The notes beneath the pieces were generated by a model. That model saw only the letters and a program-made list of their open reading frames with translations. It searched no databases and was not told where the DNA came from. A stretch of DNA of 55,825 nucleotides, filler included, from Streblomastix strix (Eukaryota): assembly GCA_008636045.1 (NCBI GenBank). It is 3 parts of 3 records of this genome, joined end to end, with 100 filler letters (N's around TTAATTAATTAA, not from the genome) between each part and the next. Parts side by side here need not be neighbours in the genome. Positions count along the whole stretch, not along the records: positions 1 to 18,550 come from SNRW01000598.1; positions 18,651 to 37,196 come from SNRW01000599.1; 1 more part is not named here. One strand, written 5' to 3'. Made by a program: the position numbers and the translations under genes. This document shows positions 12,574-23,856 of this stretch, one piece after another (the first letter of the stretch is position 1; the number at the start of each line of letters is the position of its first letter).

Positions 12574-14723
12574 ATGGAAGGAGCAGAGGAAGAGTAGAAT
12601 GGAGCTTAGAACCGCATGTAGAAAGATGAAGTATCTGAAGAAGATGACGAGTTGTTGGGGTGACCGTTAACAATAAACACCCAGATCTAATCGATTGCGA
12701 GTTGCCATCGAGCAACAATTATTATACCGCAACCAGCGGTGGAGACCAGTGCGATTTAAACTTAAGTCCAGTACAAAGTGGGCGCTTGATTACTTAACTT
12801 CTTGCCGCAATGGAGATCGATAAGCCAGAGCGATAGAATACTAAGAGGTATAGCGCTTACCTGGAAAAACCAAGACAGTGCGCACATTCTAGAAGTCCTG
12901 AAACACAAGACCGCGTTCAAGGGAGATTAAGAAGCACATTCGAGTTTATCTAAGATTATCTAGTAAGAGCTGGAAGACGATGTTATAACCCAGGTCCCGG
13001 ACTCTTTCGTTAAGTGCTGGAATCCGATATTCGCGATCCCGAAGAAGAAAGGAGGCTGGCGTAAGATGCTGGATTGCCGAATTCTGAATAGCGAGCTCCA
13101 AACGGAGTATTTTAAACTAGAAGGGATTACATATATTCAGGAAATAATACTACCCAACGATTGGGCTACAACAATAGACCTGCATCAAGCCTTCCATCAC
13201 ATCAGAGTAGCGGAAGAGATGCGACCCTATCTATGCTTTAGCTTTAATGGTCACTCTTACAGCTATAAAGGAATGCCGTTTGGAGTTTCAACGGCCCCGA
13301 GAACCTTTACCAAATGCCTCTAACCAGTAATAGCCGAGGCCAGGAAACGATGCAGCTCGAGAATCTTCGTCTACGTAGACGATATTCTGATCCTGAATTA
13401 GGATCCCGCAATACTGTAACACGAGATATAGTAAGTAATGATGATACTACAGGAGTTTGGATGGATGATCGCAATGGACAAGAGCCAGATCAATCCCACG
13501 CAGATAGTAGAGTTCTTGGGCTGGCAGTGGAACACGAGAGCAATGACAATGTAAACAACAACGTCTCGAAGGAGAGGAGTCTTGAAATAACTAAAGCATC
13601 TAATGGAACTAGCCAAGAGAAAGAAACACGTAAGAACAAGGGACTTGGCATCGGTAATTGGAGAGATCCAATACACAAGAGCACAATTTAAACGAGGCGC
13701 GCTTCACACTAAGTAGCTCCAAAAGCTGAAAGACAAGGAAGTAGCTAGCAGAGGCTGGAACAAGTGGACTCAACTCAATAAGAGCGCGATACCAGACATA
13801 ACTTGGTGGATCAACAAGCTCGCCCAGAACCAACCACTGTGCTTCACGAAACCAAACAAATGGATAACAGTCCAAACAGATGCGTCGAGCTCAGGATGGG
13901 GAGCAACTTTGATCAGAGAGAACCAGGAGAAAGTATTTGCGCACGGAGAGTGGAAAGATAATAACCTCAAGAGCTCCAATCAACGAGAAGTGACAGCAGT
14001 TCTGAAAGCGCTTCTAGAATTCCGTCAAGAATTGACCTGATAACAGCATATTGGAATACGATTACTCACAGACAACACAGTTACAATGTACTGCCTCAAC
14101 AAGGGCAAAGGATCAATCACGATCGCGCCTCTAGTAGACAAGGTCCTCAAGCTAGCAGAACAATACAATTGGACAATAGAAGCTAGCCATATTCCTGGCC
14201 TTTCGAACACTATACCAGACAGCTTGTCAAGGTTATCCAGATGCGGAGACTACGCAATCAAGAGAGAAGTCCTCTAGAAAACACTCAAGGATCTTGGGAT
14301 CTAGATCTCTATAGACATATTTGCAACACGCGCGAACCGACAATGCACGAGGTATTGTAGTATCTCTAAAGACAAGTGTGCTGTCAAGCGAAATGGATTT
14401 AGTCTAGAATGGGCCAAGGAAGTTCCGTTACTTCACCCACCAATCTCTTAACTACTGAAGACTATAAGGAAGATCAAACAAGAACGAGTCTCACTAGCAG
14501 TCCTGATAGCGCCAGATTGGCCAAACTAGAAATGGTTTACAGAACTGAGAGAGATCACAAGACAGAAGATATGCTTAGGAGAGAGTACGCAAGTCTTATT
14601 GATGGAAGCGAAACATAGAAACAAAGGATGGGCGCTGCCACCTGGATTGATCTACCTTTTTTTTTAGTGGGAGTAAGAACGGAGAGAAGCTTTTCAGACA
14701 GTTGTTATAAGCTAGAGGACTGA
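12574..14723 (+). pseudogene. DIRS ORF2: reverse transcriptase, RNase H and N6-adenine DNA methyltransferase-like domain, with in-frame TGAs
   Basis: Motifs PIFAIPKKKGGWRKMLDCR, IDLHQAFHHI, MPFGVSTAPRTFTK, YVDD, QTDASSSGWG, LLTDN, HIPGLSNTIPDSLSR, IDIFATRAN, LLHPPI, LIAPDWPNQKWF. TGAs at 12661, 12787 and 14038. Start uncertain; end assumes a 1-nt loss in T9 at 14657-14665. Confidence 0.9.
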
Positions 14724-16210
14724 GTTCTAATGCAGTAGACCGAGTCATTTCCAACTGGTCAAGTTAATGGAGAACACATATAGCAGGTCTCACATTGCTG
14801 GCAGGATACCTCAAAAGGATCAATCAACAGCCTGAGTACCTCCTAAACTTAGAACAACCTCAGATCTTCATGGCGAACTATCTTGAAGACGCAATAAATC
14901 AGAAATGTTCTGACAACTCGGTCAAGAATCAAAGATGTGCACTAGCAGTATTGCTCAAGTTCATGGGATACTCAGAACAATAGATCCACTCCGATCTTGT
15001 TAAATAACTTATGAGAAAGATCAGAATGCGACTTAGATAAACAGATAAAGAGAAACAGATCTGGGATTTAGACATTTTATTGAACTACATCAAATAACAA
15101 GTCCCACTTCTGGAACAAGATCTCCTCTCAATACAACAAAGAAGAGCAATTGCTGCTACATTAGCGATGGTCTTTACTGTTGCAAGACTGGCCGAATTGC
15201 ATAGAGCCGTATTACTCAGCACATCGGAGGATGAGTACATAATCCAAACAACGATATTAAAGTCTCCTCAAAGAATTGCTGAGTTCAAGATCTGCAAGAT
15301 CCCCGATGAGAGGATCTGCCCACTGCGCTGGTTCAAATCCTGGTTCAAAGATAGAGAACCAAACATACCAAATAAGGCCCAAGAACTCTGGAGGATCAGC
15401 CATGCAGAGAGATACATCCAAGCTGATGATCTCAGTAAAGCCATAAGAGCAGTAATGTGGTCTGCTGGCATTAGCAAGACTTATTCAGTTACCTCCATTA
15501 GAGCTGCGGCAATTACCAAACTCCTAAAACATAATGTCAGTAGTGTGAAAGTTGATAGATTCACTCACCACTCTGACACTGCCTCTACAGTAAGGCAATA
15601 CTATGATAAGAATAACAATGTCGAAGCTAGAGAGATCCTTGGTTAAACTGAAGAGGAGCTCGACAATGAAGAAGATGAAGAGCAAGAGAGAACACTACTA
15701 GAAGAGATCGAACATGAGAGATACAATGTCGAATAGAGAATACCAAGCCCTGTTGGGGTTCTTTCTCCAGGCATGAGCCACCTGGAGTTTTCTTAACCCC
15801 TCAGTGGCATCCACATCACTCAAACACAGTCCTCCATTGAGACCGAGGACACTTTTTAACCATTTTTATAACATTCTAGGACTCCAACTGAAGTAGTAGA
15901 AGACTAGAAGGCTCAAGAAGATGCTGCGAATGCTGAAGAAGTAGCCCGACTCTTAGATCCTTTCAATATTGGGAGAGTCAATAAACAACCGAAGAGCTCA
16001 CTATCTCTGCAGGAGGTAGTTTATAACCCGGAGGAATATAAACAATCCTCCGGAAGAGATATGAGCTCTTCGTTTGTCCCACCACATTAAGATGTTCCCA
16101 CCCTTGGGAATTTGGGGCAAACGGAGAGCTTTGAAGTCTAGACATTAAGTAGTGCTGATGAATAGCACGAAGCGCCAATGATAAAAGAAAAAGAAACAGA
16201 TGATTCATGA
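12810..16210 (+). pseudogene. DIRS ORF3: long N-terminus overlapping pol plus tyrosine recombinase, one frameshift
   Basis: Frame 3 has no TGA from 12648 to 14720. The YR frame is open 14651-16210 (VARLAEL, TSIRAAAIT, FTHHS, VRQYY). The two join if one base is restored in the T9 run. Confidence 0.85.
15973..16077 (+). repeat. Internal complementary region (ICR) of DIRS element
   Basis: 15973-16039 is the reverse complement of 11220-11286, and 16039-16077 is the reverse complement of 16340-16378. Confidence 0.93.
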
Positions 16211-16294
16211 ACAGTAACTGCTTTCGCATGTCCCAGTTCCTGAATAACAGTTTATTTTATTTATTATTACTATTTATTCTTTACCATGTCACGA

Positions 16295-16378
16295 TTTTTC
16301 CGGGCTGGGCCCATTGGCTGGTGCCCTGAGAGTCAATAAACAAACGAAGAGCTCATATCTCTTCCGGAGGATTGTTTA
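16295..16378 (-). repeat. Right inverted terminal repeat of DIRS element
   Basis: cgggctgggcccattggctggtgccctgagagtcaataaacaaacgaagagctc is the reverse complement of the left ITR with few mismatches. Confidence 0.9.
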
Positions 16379-18370
16379 CGATAAGTGCAAATAACTCTCT
16401 TTAGAAGTTAGTCTCCAGAACATCCTTATAAAATCATTAACATTAAGTTGATAGCATGATATCGAATTTAATTGTAGTAATTCTGGGCAAAAATCGGTGC
16501 AAATTATTTGTTCTATTGACTTAACTATAATAGAGATATCATTATTTACTTTGGATTACAATAACATCATTGTCAAAAGATAAATCTTCAAGAAGTTCCA
16601 ACAAAGCATTAATGCATTGTTCTTTCTGTTAATTCTTCTCATAAATTTAGATTGATTAACGATTGACTATATGAGTATCAATTTCTCTTTTTAAAATTAT
16701 TGAAATTCGAGTGAGAAAGATAAGATCAAATAATTAAATTTAAGAAGGTTATTATTGAATAAATTAATAAATGGATACAAGTGCATCTACAGAAACTATA
16801 ATTTTTTATGAACTTTATGATTCTTCTAGACATCCAGCTATCAAATCAGCTATTTTATTTTTCTTTCAAAACTTTTTCAGCCAATTTACGCTTCTCACAA
16901 TATTTAACTTCATTAAATATTGATTTAATACCAAAAAGCAAGCAAGTTAATAATTCATAGTTCATAATACGTCTGTGCTATCGCATATTCTCAATAAGAG
17001 TAATAATACCATTAAAAAATTCATCTTCGCTAATCCATCTATCTTATATAACTAATGCAAATGTGTTTGCAGAAAAGATTTTCTGATTATTAACTGATTA
17101 TAAGTTTTAGATGATATCTTTCAATAAATTTATTAATTTATCCTATTCAAAATATATGGGAAATGAATTTAAATCATCTCATTTAATTCGTTATTAACCA
17201 CGAACTGCAATTCTCAAAAGAAGTTAAACAATAAGGATCAGTGAGATATTTCTTTATTATCGAAAAGAAATGGGAAAGTTAATCACTTTTGTTTCATCTT
17301 TATAGAGTAAATACAATTTATTTTCTATATCAGTTAATAAATTCGATTAATAGGGTAGATTTTCAGTCTGAAAGAGCAATGCAAGCTACTGAATTTATCC
17401 TTGATTATTATAAGAATAAAAATTAGAATGGTTTAACGATTCAAATGTAACACTTTCTTAAATCTTAGTTATCTAATTTGAAAAAATAATACAGAATTAA
17501 ACTTTTGACTGTAGCAATTACAAAATAATAAAAAAAGAAAGAAAGAAATTTGAAAATAAAGTTTTCTATACATTGTACTATTCAACATGAATTTATGACG
17601 ATAAATTGATTATACTTCAAACCAATAAGAATATTTAATATCCAAATTTTGTTCTATATGTCCTTGCAATTCTCGAAGCATTTGATTATAAATATTTGTG
17701 CCCCAATAAATATCTCAAAAGATTGCTATATAGGGCAGAAAAATTAGAATAAATATAAATTGATTTGTTTTTGAAGTTGAATTTATCTTCGAGCTGTAAC
17801 AATGGCTGTCGAAAACGAAAGGCTCGTTTTGTAACTTAACCCAAACATCTTTTTATGACATATGTTACATTTTTTAAAATATAATAAATTTTCTGATTGT
17901 ATTCCATATATCAATCTATATATAATTTCCTTTCGCTTTCAATAAACTATTTTCCAACTTAAAAGAATTTTCTCATCGTCCTGGCACACTTGCATATTAT
18001 ATATTCATCATATTTTGATTTCTTGACAAGAAACACACTATTAGAGATAAATATATTCTCATATATACTCATCCATATTGGATCAATTAGATATTGGTCA
18101 TATATTAAAAATCTTTTTATTACAGTTGATATTTATAGCATCTTTCTGAATGAAATACTATTAATGTAGTTTGTATCAAACATCTTCAGAACTTAATATT
18201 ATCTATTATAATTTAATATCAAAATCTCACAATATTCTATTTTCTGAATCAATATTCTATTTTTTCAATTTATTTATTAAATTTACTAATAAATAGATAT
18301 ATAGATAGATATATAATTGAACAATTTATTTATTTTTTGTTTCATTTAATTGTTTATTTTTCAGAAATCT

Positions 18371-18550
18371 ATGTCGATTCAATCCAACTCTGATATTCCA
18401 CCTTCATCATCATCATTGCCTAATTCAGGAAATGCTCGTGATTTCAGCAAATATGAAACACTTCCACTCGAATACTTGGAACGACTTCATGTGTAGATGA
18501 GTGAATATGAAGCATAGTTTGCAGATGTAGAAGAGAATAAAAAACCTTCA
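18371..18550 (+). CDS. 5' start of hypothetical protein cut by contig end (mirror at 1-180, minus strand)
   Basis: MSIQSNSDIPPSSSSLPNSGNARDFSKYETLPLEYLERLHVQMSEYEAQF... follows an AT-rich intergenic stretch and is open to the contig end. Confidence 0.55.
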
Positions 18551-18650
18551 NNNNNNNNNNNNNNNNNNNNNNNNNNNNNNNNNNNNNNNNNNNNTTAATT
18601 AATTAANNNNNNNNNNNNNNNNNNNNNNNNNNNNNNNNNNNNNNNNNNNN
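18551..18650. other. Artificial contig-joining linker
   Basis: N44-TTAATTAATTAA-N44, exactly 100 nt, with stops in all six frames under the standard code. Confidence 0.98.
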
Positions 18651-19214
18651 GGTGTTAGTGAAGTCACAGTCAAGAATGCACCAAAAGAACTAACAGATGT
18701 TCCTGGTTTCAATGAAACAGTCACAGTTCAATAGACATGCAGTGCAGGTGATCTAGATCTTTTAACTTACTCTACAAGTTACAATGGGATAGTGGACACG
18801 TCATGCATACCCAACACTGTAGTACCAGACGATGCATCAAAATGTTAGACAGGGAAAATGTCACCAATATTGAAAGGTTACAAAACAGGTGAGGTCTTCA
18901 ATGCGGATTTGGTTACAATAAAGAAGCTACTTCAGAGATTTGGAGCTGTTCATTTAAATGTTGAGGAAGAAGGCGAAGAATAACTACTTCCAATAACTGT
19001 ACTTGGATGGGAGATAGATGATGGTGCTGAGTATTGGATATATACATAGACATATTATGATGGTGAAACAGAATTAGTTTGGATCGATTCTGATGATTAT
19101 GACTTCACTGGGTTGGATGCCACTGTGTTCTTTAATGGTGCTTCTGTTGTTCGTGCAGTTCTGAGTGCGATTGTTGCAACTGTGGTGATTCCAGCTCTGT
19201 TGTTGTTCTGGTGA
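18651..19214 (+). CDS. 3' part of inactive papain/cathepsin-like (C1A) protein with hydrophobic C-terminal anchor
   Basis: YNGIVDTSCIP, IKKLLQRFGAV and ITVLGWEIDDGAEYWI resemble C1A C-terminal motifs. Ends SVVRAVLSAIVATVVIPALLLFW-TGA. Confidence 0.6.
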
Positions 19215-20705
19215 ATCATTTGAGTGAAGTTTGATCTGAAAGATGGGGCTGTGTTGTGACCATCTTAAGAAGAGCTTAGTATGAGTTGATGATTAAGATA
19301 TTCAGTTGCTTGTTTTATTAATGTCTTTTATTATAGCATTCGTTATTCCATACATTATGAGTTGACATATCAGTGTGAAGCCTAATATAATACATGATCT
19401 TATATCAGAAATGGTAAATAATTTCCTGATTAATTTTCTTTTATAAATGTCCAATGCATTAATTGATGTAATTTCTTACCGAATTCATTAATCTACGAAA
19501 AAAATCATCCAATAAAATTCCTATATTATTCAAAAATCTGTTATGATTTTGCAATTGAAATAGTGAAAAGAAAATAAAATAATTAATTTTGTTTGAAACA
19601 TCTAGTACGCACAAAAAAAATGATTATTAACATTAATTAATGATTATAAACGAGTAATTAATTTCGATTAAATATATAAAATTAGTAAAATTATAAGCTA
19701 ACACCTGTTAAAATCAAAAAACTTTAGTTAGGTTATGTTTGGCGCTATAACTAGCTGTGTAACAAAATGATTGAGATTATTTAAATTTAATAAGCATATT
19801 CATTAATAATTATATGAATACATTAAGTTTCAATACTTCAGTGCTAAGTTATCTTATCGAAACTGAAGATTAGTCATCTGCATTGTCATCATCAACATCC
19901 TTTTATAATAAATATTGATTTGCATTATTTTTCTATTATTATTCCAGTTCGACTTTATTAATATCATTTTTAATCAATTTTTCTTATCATTTTTCAATAT
20001 TTTTTCTTTGTTTTTATCTGAGTTTATTTTACAAATAAGTTCATTGTTCGCATTTTTATTTTCCAAAGACTATTTAGTAATTGAATCATCTAGGCATAAT
20101 TATTATGGAGATATATTCTTGTTTTTCTCTACAAGAATTGGGTTAAGCACGGAAATTTAAATTTCTAAAAGCGAGTAATCATCGTTTTTTAATGTAATAT
20201 CGGTTTTATCCATCTATTAGAAATATTTTACTGGAATAAAATTAAAATTATAAATGAATTTTTAATTATATAACAATTTATAGACAAAAATATTAAAATA
20301 AAGTTAATAAAATTAGCTAATACGCTGCGATACGCTTCGAAAGATTTTTATTTTTGTTTCTTGTTATAATTAATTTAATTTAGATAATTTTGTAAATTTT
20401 TAATTTATATTGTGCAATTAAAGTACAATATTCTCAAATAAATATGGATTATAACCAAAACTAACAGAGAAATATTCGAATTTTCATTATTGATTTATTT
20501 TCTAATTCAACCAAGATTTAATTAATCAATATTATATCAAAAATGAATTAAATAATGCATGATAAGCAAATATTATTCTGCCAAATGTCTAAACAATCCG
20601 CGCACAAAAACATTCTCGATAATTGTTATAAAATAAGATTTTTTATTGAAAATTAGATAAAAGTATTGCTAATAATTAATAAGATCAAAATTATTGTGTT
20701 TGAAA

Positions 20706-23700
20706 TCAGTTTATCTTATTATGATAGAAGTTCATTATTATGTTCTTTATATCTTTAGCTACATTAATAACTGAACCTTTATCTGTTCCCCCTTTATTCA
20801 CTAATTGTGCCTCAATTTCTTCAGTTCCTCCTTCTTCTTCAATCTGCTCATATGCAGAATACAATAAACTTGAATATGATGAAATTATCAAACGTTTTGG
20901 ATTCAAATAATTTGTTTTTTTAAGTAATTGGAGTTGTTGAATGAAGTTAAAGATGTACACCAGATTATTTCTGATTCTCTTATATCCAAATAATTCAATA
21001 ATCGGATAATCAGCACTTAAATAATTAATGAGTGTTCTTGCATATCCTTCATCCGAGAGTTAAGCTTGAATAGATGCATTTCCATAAAGCTAAATCTTAT
21101 GAAGATAACAACCACTGCCAAATCTGATGAATGAAATATTTTCACTTTCTTCATGATTAAATTAATCACTAAGTTTGTATTTATACAGTTTAATGAGCGA
21201 AGGAATAAGTTTTTGTTAGCTTGTGACTATTTAACAATACAATGAGTTTGCAATGAAGAGATTTTCAATAAGGATTAATGAAGATCTAATAATTGATAGA
21301 GATGGAAATATATGAGATTATTATTAATCTTTATTTTATTGTTATTAATGTGAATTATTGTTTGCAAAGTTGATTATGAGTGGTGTAAGATGTTGGAGAA
21401 ATGAATCTTCTTTTAATAAGTGTTCTTTGAATTAATTATCAACTTCGGAAATGTCAAAGAGTGATTGGAATAAAACATTTTATAATTCATGAATACCAGG
21501 AGAGTTATTCACTGTGATATGAAGAGGACAAATGATTTCACATGTACAATTAATGTGCATAAGTTGTGATATTTCTTCTTTAAAAAATTTATTAATCTAA
21601 TCATAATTTCTTATTTTATTTGCCTACTGAATTGATTAAGCAACTCTTTTCAAGTTATATTCTGTTTATTCATTATTTATTTCATTTCTGTCTTTTTCTT
21701 CTTAATTTTTAATATCATCTGAAAGATTATCTAAAACAGAGTTGATGTTTCTTTTCAAAATTTTAACATATTTATCAATAAATCCTGTATCAATTTATTA
21801 TCCATTTTTATTTATCAAATATACTCTAATTAATTATTCTAATTCTTCAGAATACTTCTTTTATTTCTTTTCAATTTTAATCTTATCTTTAATCAAATGT
21901 TAAATCTTATTAATGATTCCAGATTATTGAAAGATATTGAAGAATAAATTATTATTAATATATTATTATATTCCTTTTTCAGATAAAAGTTCGATTATTT
22001 GAAGAAGAATCTTTTCAGATCCAGAAGAACACTTCCCAATTCGTTTCATTATTATATCAATCATCCATGAATCAAACATCTTTATTAATTCATTAATTTT
22101 TTTATTTTTTATTTCTTCAAATAATCTTTATGCTTTTAATTCCTTTTCATTATCACTTAATGTCCATGATCCCAAAATATTACAATTGCATTTATTCGTG
22201 ATTTTTATTATTCTTTCTTTCATTTCATCATCAATTTATTATTCTTTCATTATATTCAAATATATTCTCATTAATTATTCTAATACTTCAGAAAATGGAA
22301 TTAATTCATTTTCTTTTTCTTCTTATTCCATTCTCTCTATTATTAATCTTTCAATCTTATTTCTTAATTCAGATAATTATTAATTATAAAAGAATATATT
22401 ATTTTTCTGTCGGTCTTATTTCTACTCTCCTCTTGAAATTAGAATTTCGATTATTTGAAGAAGAATCTTTTCAGATCCAGAAGAACAGTTCCCAATTCGT
22501 TTCATTGTTATATCAATCATCCATGAATCAAACATCTTTATTAATTCATTAATTTTTTTATTTTTTATTTCTTCAAATAATCCTTTTGCTTTTGATTATT
22601 TTTCTAATTCGGATAATAAATTACTTCCAAGTATGTTAGAAACACTTTTATCCATTATTTTGATGATTTTTTCTTTTATTTAAACATTAATTTATTATTT
22701 TTTCATTATCTTTAAATATATATTCATCAATTATTCAGTTATTTAGGAGAAAGGAATATTATTATTTTCTTTTTCTTCTTATTCTATTTTCTATTATATC
22801 AATTATTCAATCTTAACTAATAAACCAGATTATTGAAAAACATTCAAGAATTAATTATTATTTTATTATATTCCTTTTTCTGATAATAGTTCGATTATAT
22901 TAACAATAATCTTTTCAGATTCAGAAGAACAATTTCCAATCCATATATTCATTGAATTAGCTCTCTAAATATCAAATATATTCAACAATTAATTAGCATT
23001 TTTATTCTTCATCGAATCAAATAATTATATTGCTCTTGATTATTTTTCTTATTCAGATAATAAATTAGATCCGGATTTATTTAATAGTTATTAATTCAAT
23101 TATTCTGTTTAATGTTTTGGATCTGCTATTGTTATAATGAAAATAAAATAATATTGATAAATATAATATAAATATAATATAAAAATAAATAAAACAGATA
23201 TTTATTGTTTTCAATTATATAAATTAATTAATTAATTGTTCAATAAAATAAAAATATATGTATATTAAATCAACAAACTTTCTTATTCTTTCATTTCTTT
23301 AGCATAAATATTTCCATATTATATGCTATTATTATCAAAACGATCTATTAATACAGAAACATATTTTATAAGAAAATAAATAATAATAATAAATTTAACA
23401 AAATAATCATTATTATTTCTATCAAATATAGTATATATTTCAGCATATTTATCGAATAAATATATAGATACCTTCTTTTTTAATCCATACTTTATCTTTT
23501 GATTTATCAATTTAGTTATACTTTGTAAAGTTTTGATTTTATTTCATTTTATTATCTTTTGGAAACTCAACACGTATTTATCGGCCATCTAATATGTGTC
23601 TGTTGAGCTGCAACTGTGCTCTTTCAGCTGAATCTACATCGGCCATCTCAATAAATCCATATCCAACTGATTTCCCATCTTTCAATAATATTTTCAAGCT

Positions 23701-23856
23701 TTTTCTAGATCAATAATATTTTATTAATAAATTTATAAAAATAATTAAATTCATTCAAGCATACACTGCTCCAATTGTCTCAAACAAATGCCCAATGGTT
23801 TCTACATTTGTTTCAAAATTTAGATTACCTACATATAACCTAGATGAAGTTGCCAT
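20706..23856 (-). CDS. RRM protein with ~150-aa tandem modules and helical (ARM-like) C-terminus; three GT-AG introns in 5' part
   Basis: MATSSRLYVGNLNFET (RNP2), KSVGYGFIEM (RNP1), LDGRQIRVEF. Introns at approx. 23705-23764, 23345-23471 and 23127-23278 keep the frame into a long exon ending at TGA 20706. Confidence 0.7.
21900..23070 (-). repeat. Intragenic ~450-bp tandem modules (about three copies)
   Basis: cgatta...cttttcagat(c/t)cagaagaaca anchors at 21992, 22448 and 22892 (spacing 456 and 444 nt, both multiples of 3). Confidence 0.8.

Larger units (their letters stand above)
11220..16378 (+). mobile_element. DIRS1-like tyrosine-recombinase retrotransposon, full length, mutated
   Basis: GC-richer than flanks. 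Imperfect ITRs; ICR complementary to both termini; RT (YVDD at 13372-13383), RNase H (TDAS), Dam-like MTase and YR domains; no target-site duplication. Confidence 0.95.
9444..18550. repeat. Right arm of contig-scale inverted repeat
   Basis: Reverse complement of 1-9107; both contig ends stop at the same base. Confidence 0.97.

Noticed and set aside
12562..14040. Genome-wide TGA reassignment (no dedicated stop codon)
   Set aside because: The conserved host genes I read show no internal TGA and end at TGA; internal TGAs are confined to the transposon and degraded genes.
1..18550. Palindrome as TIRs of a giant transposon, linear plasmid or virus, or as two independent DIRS insertions
   Set aside because: Arms include ordinary host flanks and end mid-gene; no polymerase, capsid or transposase in the spacer; both DIRS copies share flanks and lesions.
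18551..18650. TTAATTAATTAA motif within N runs as a biological element, or synteny across it
   Set aside because: The same 100-nt linker occurs at both joins and contig lengths descend in order, so this is artificial concatenation.
19860..20213. Small minus-strand ORF starting MDKTDITLKNDD
   Set aside because: Low complexity, early TGA and no recognisable motif.
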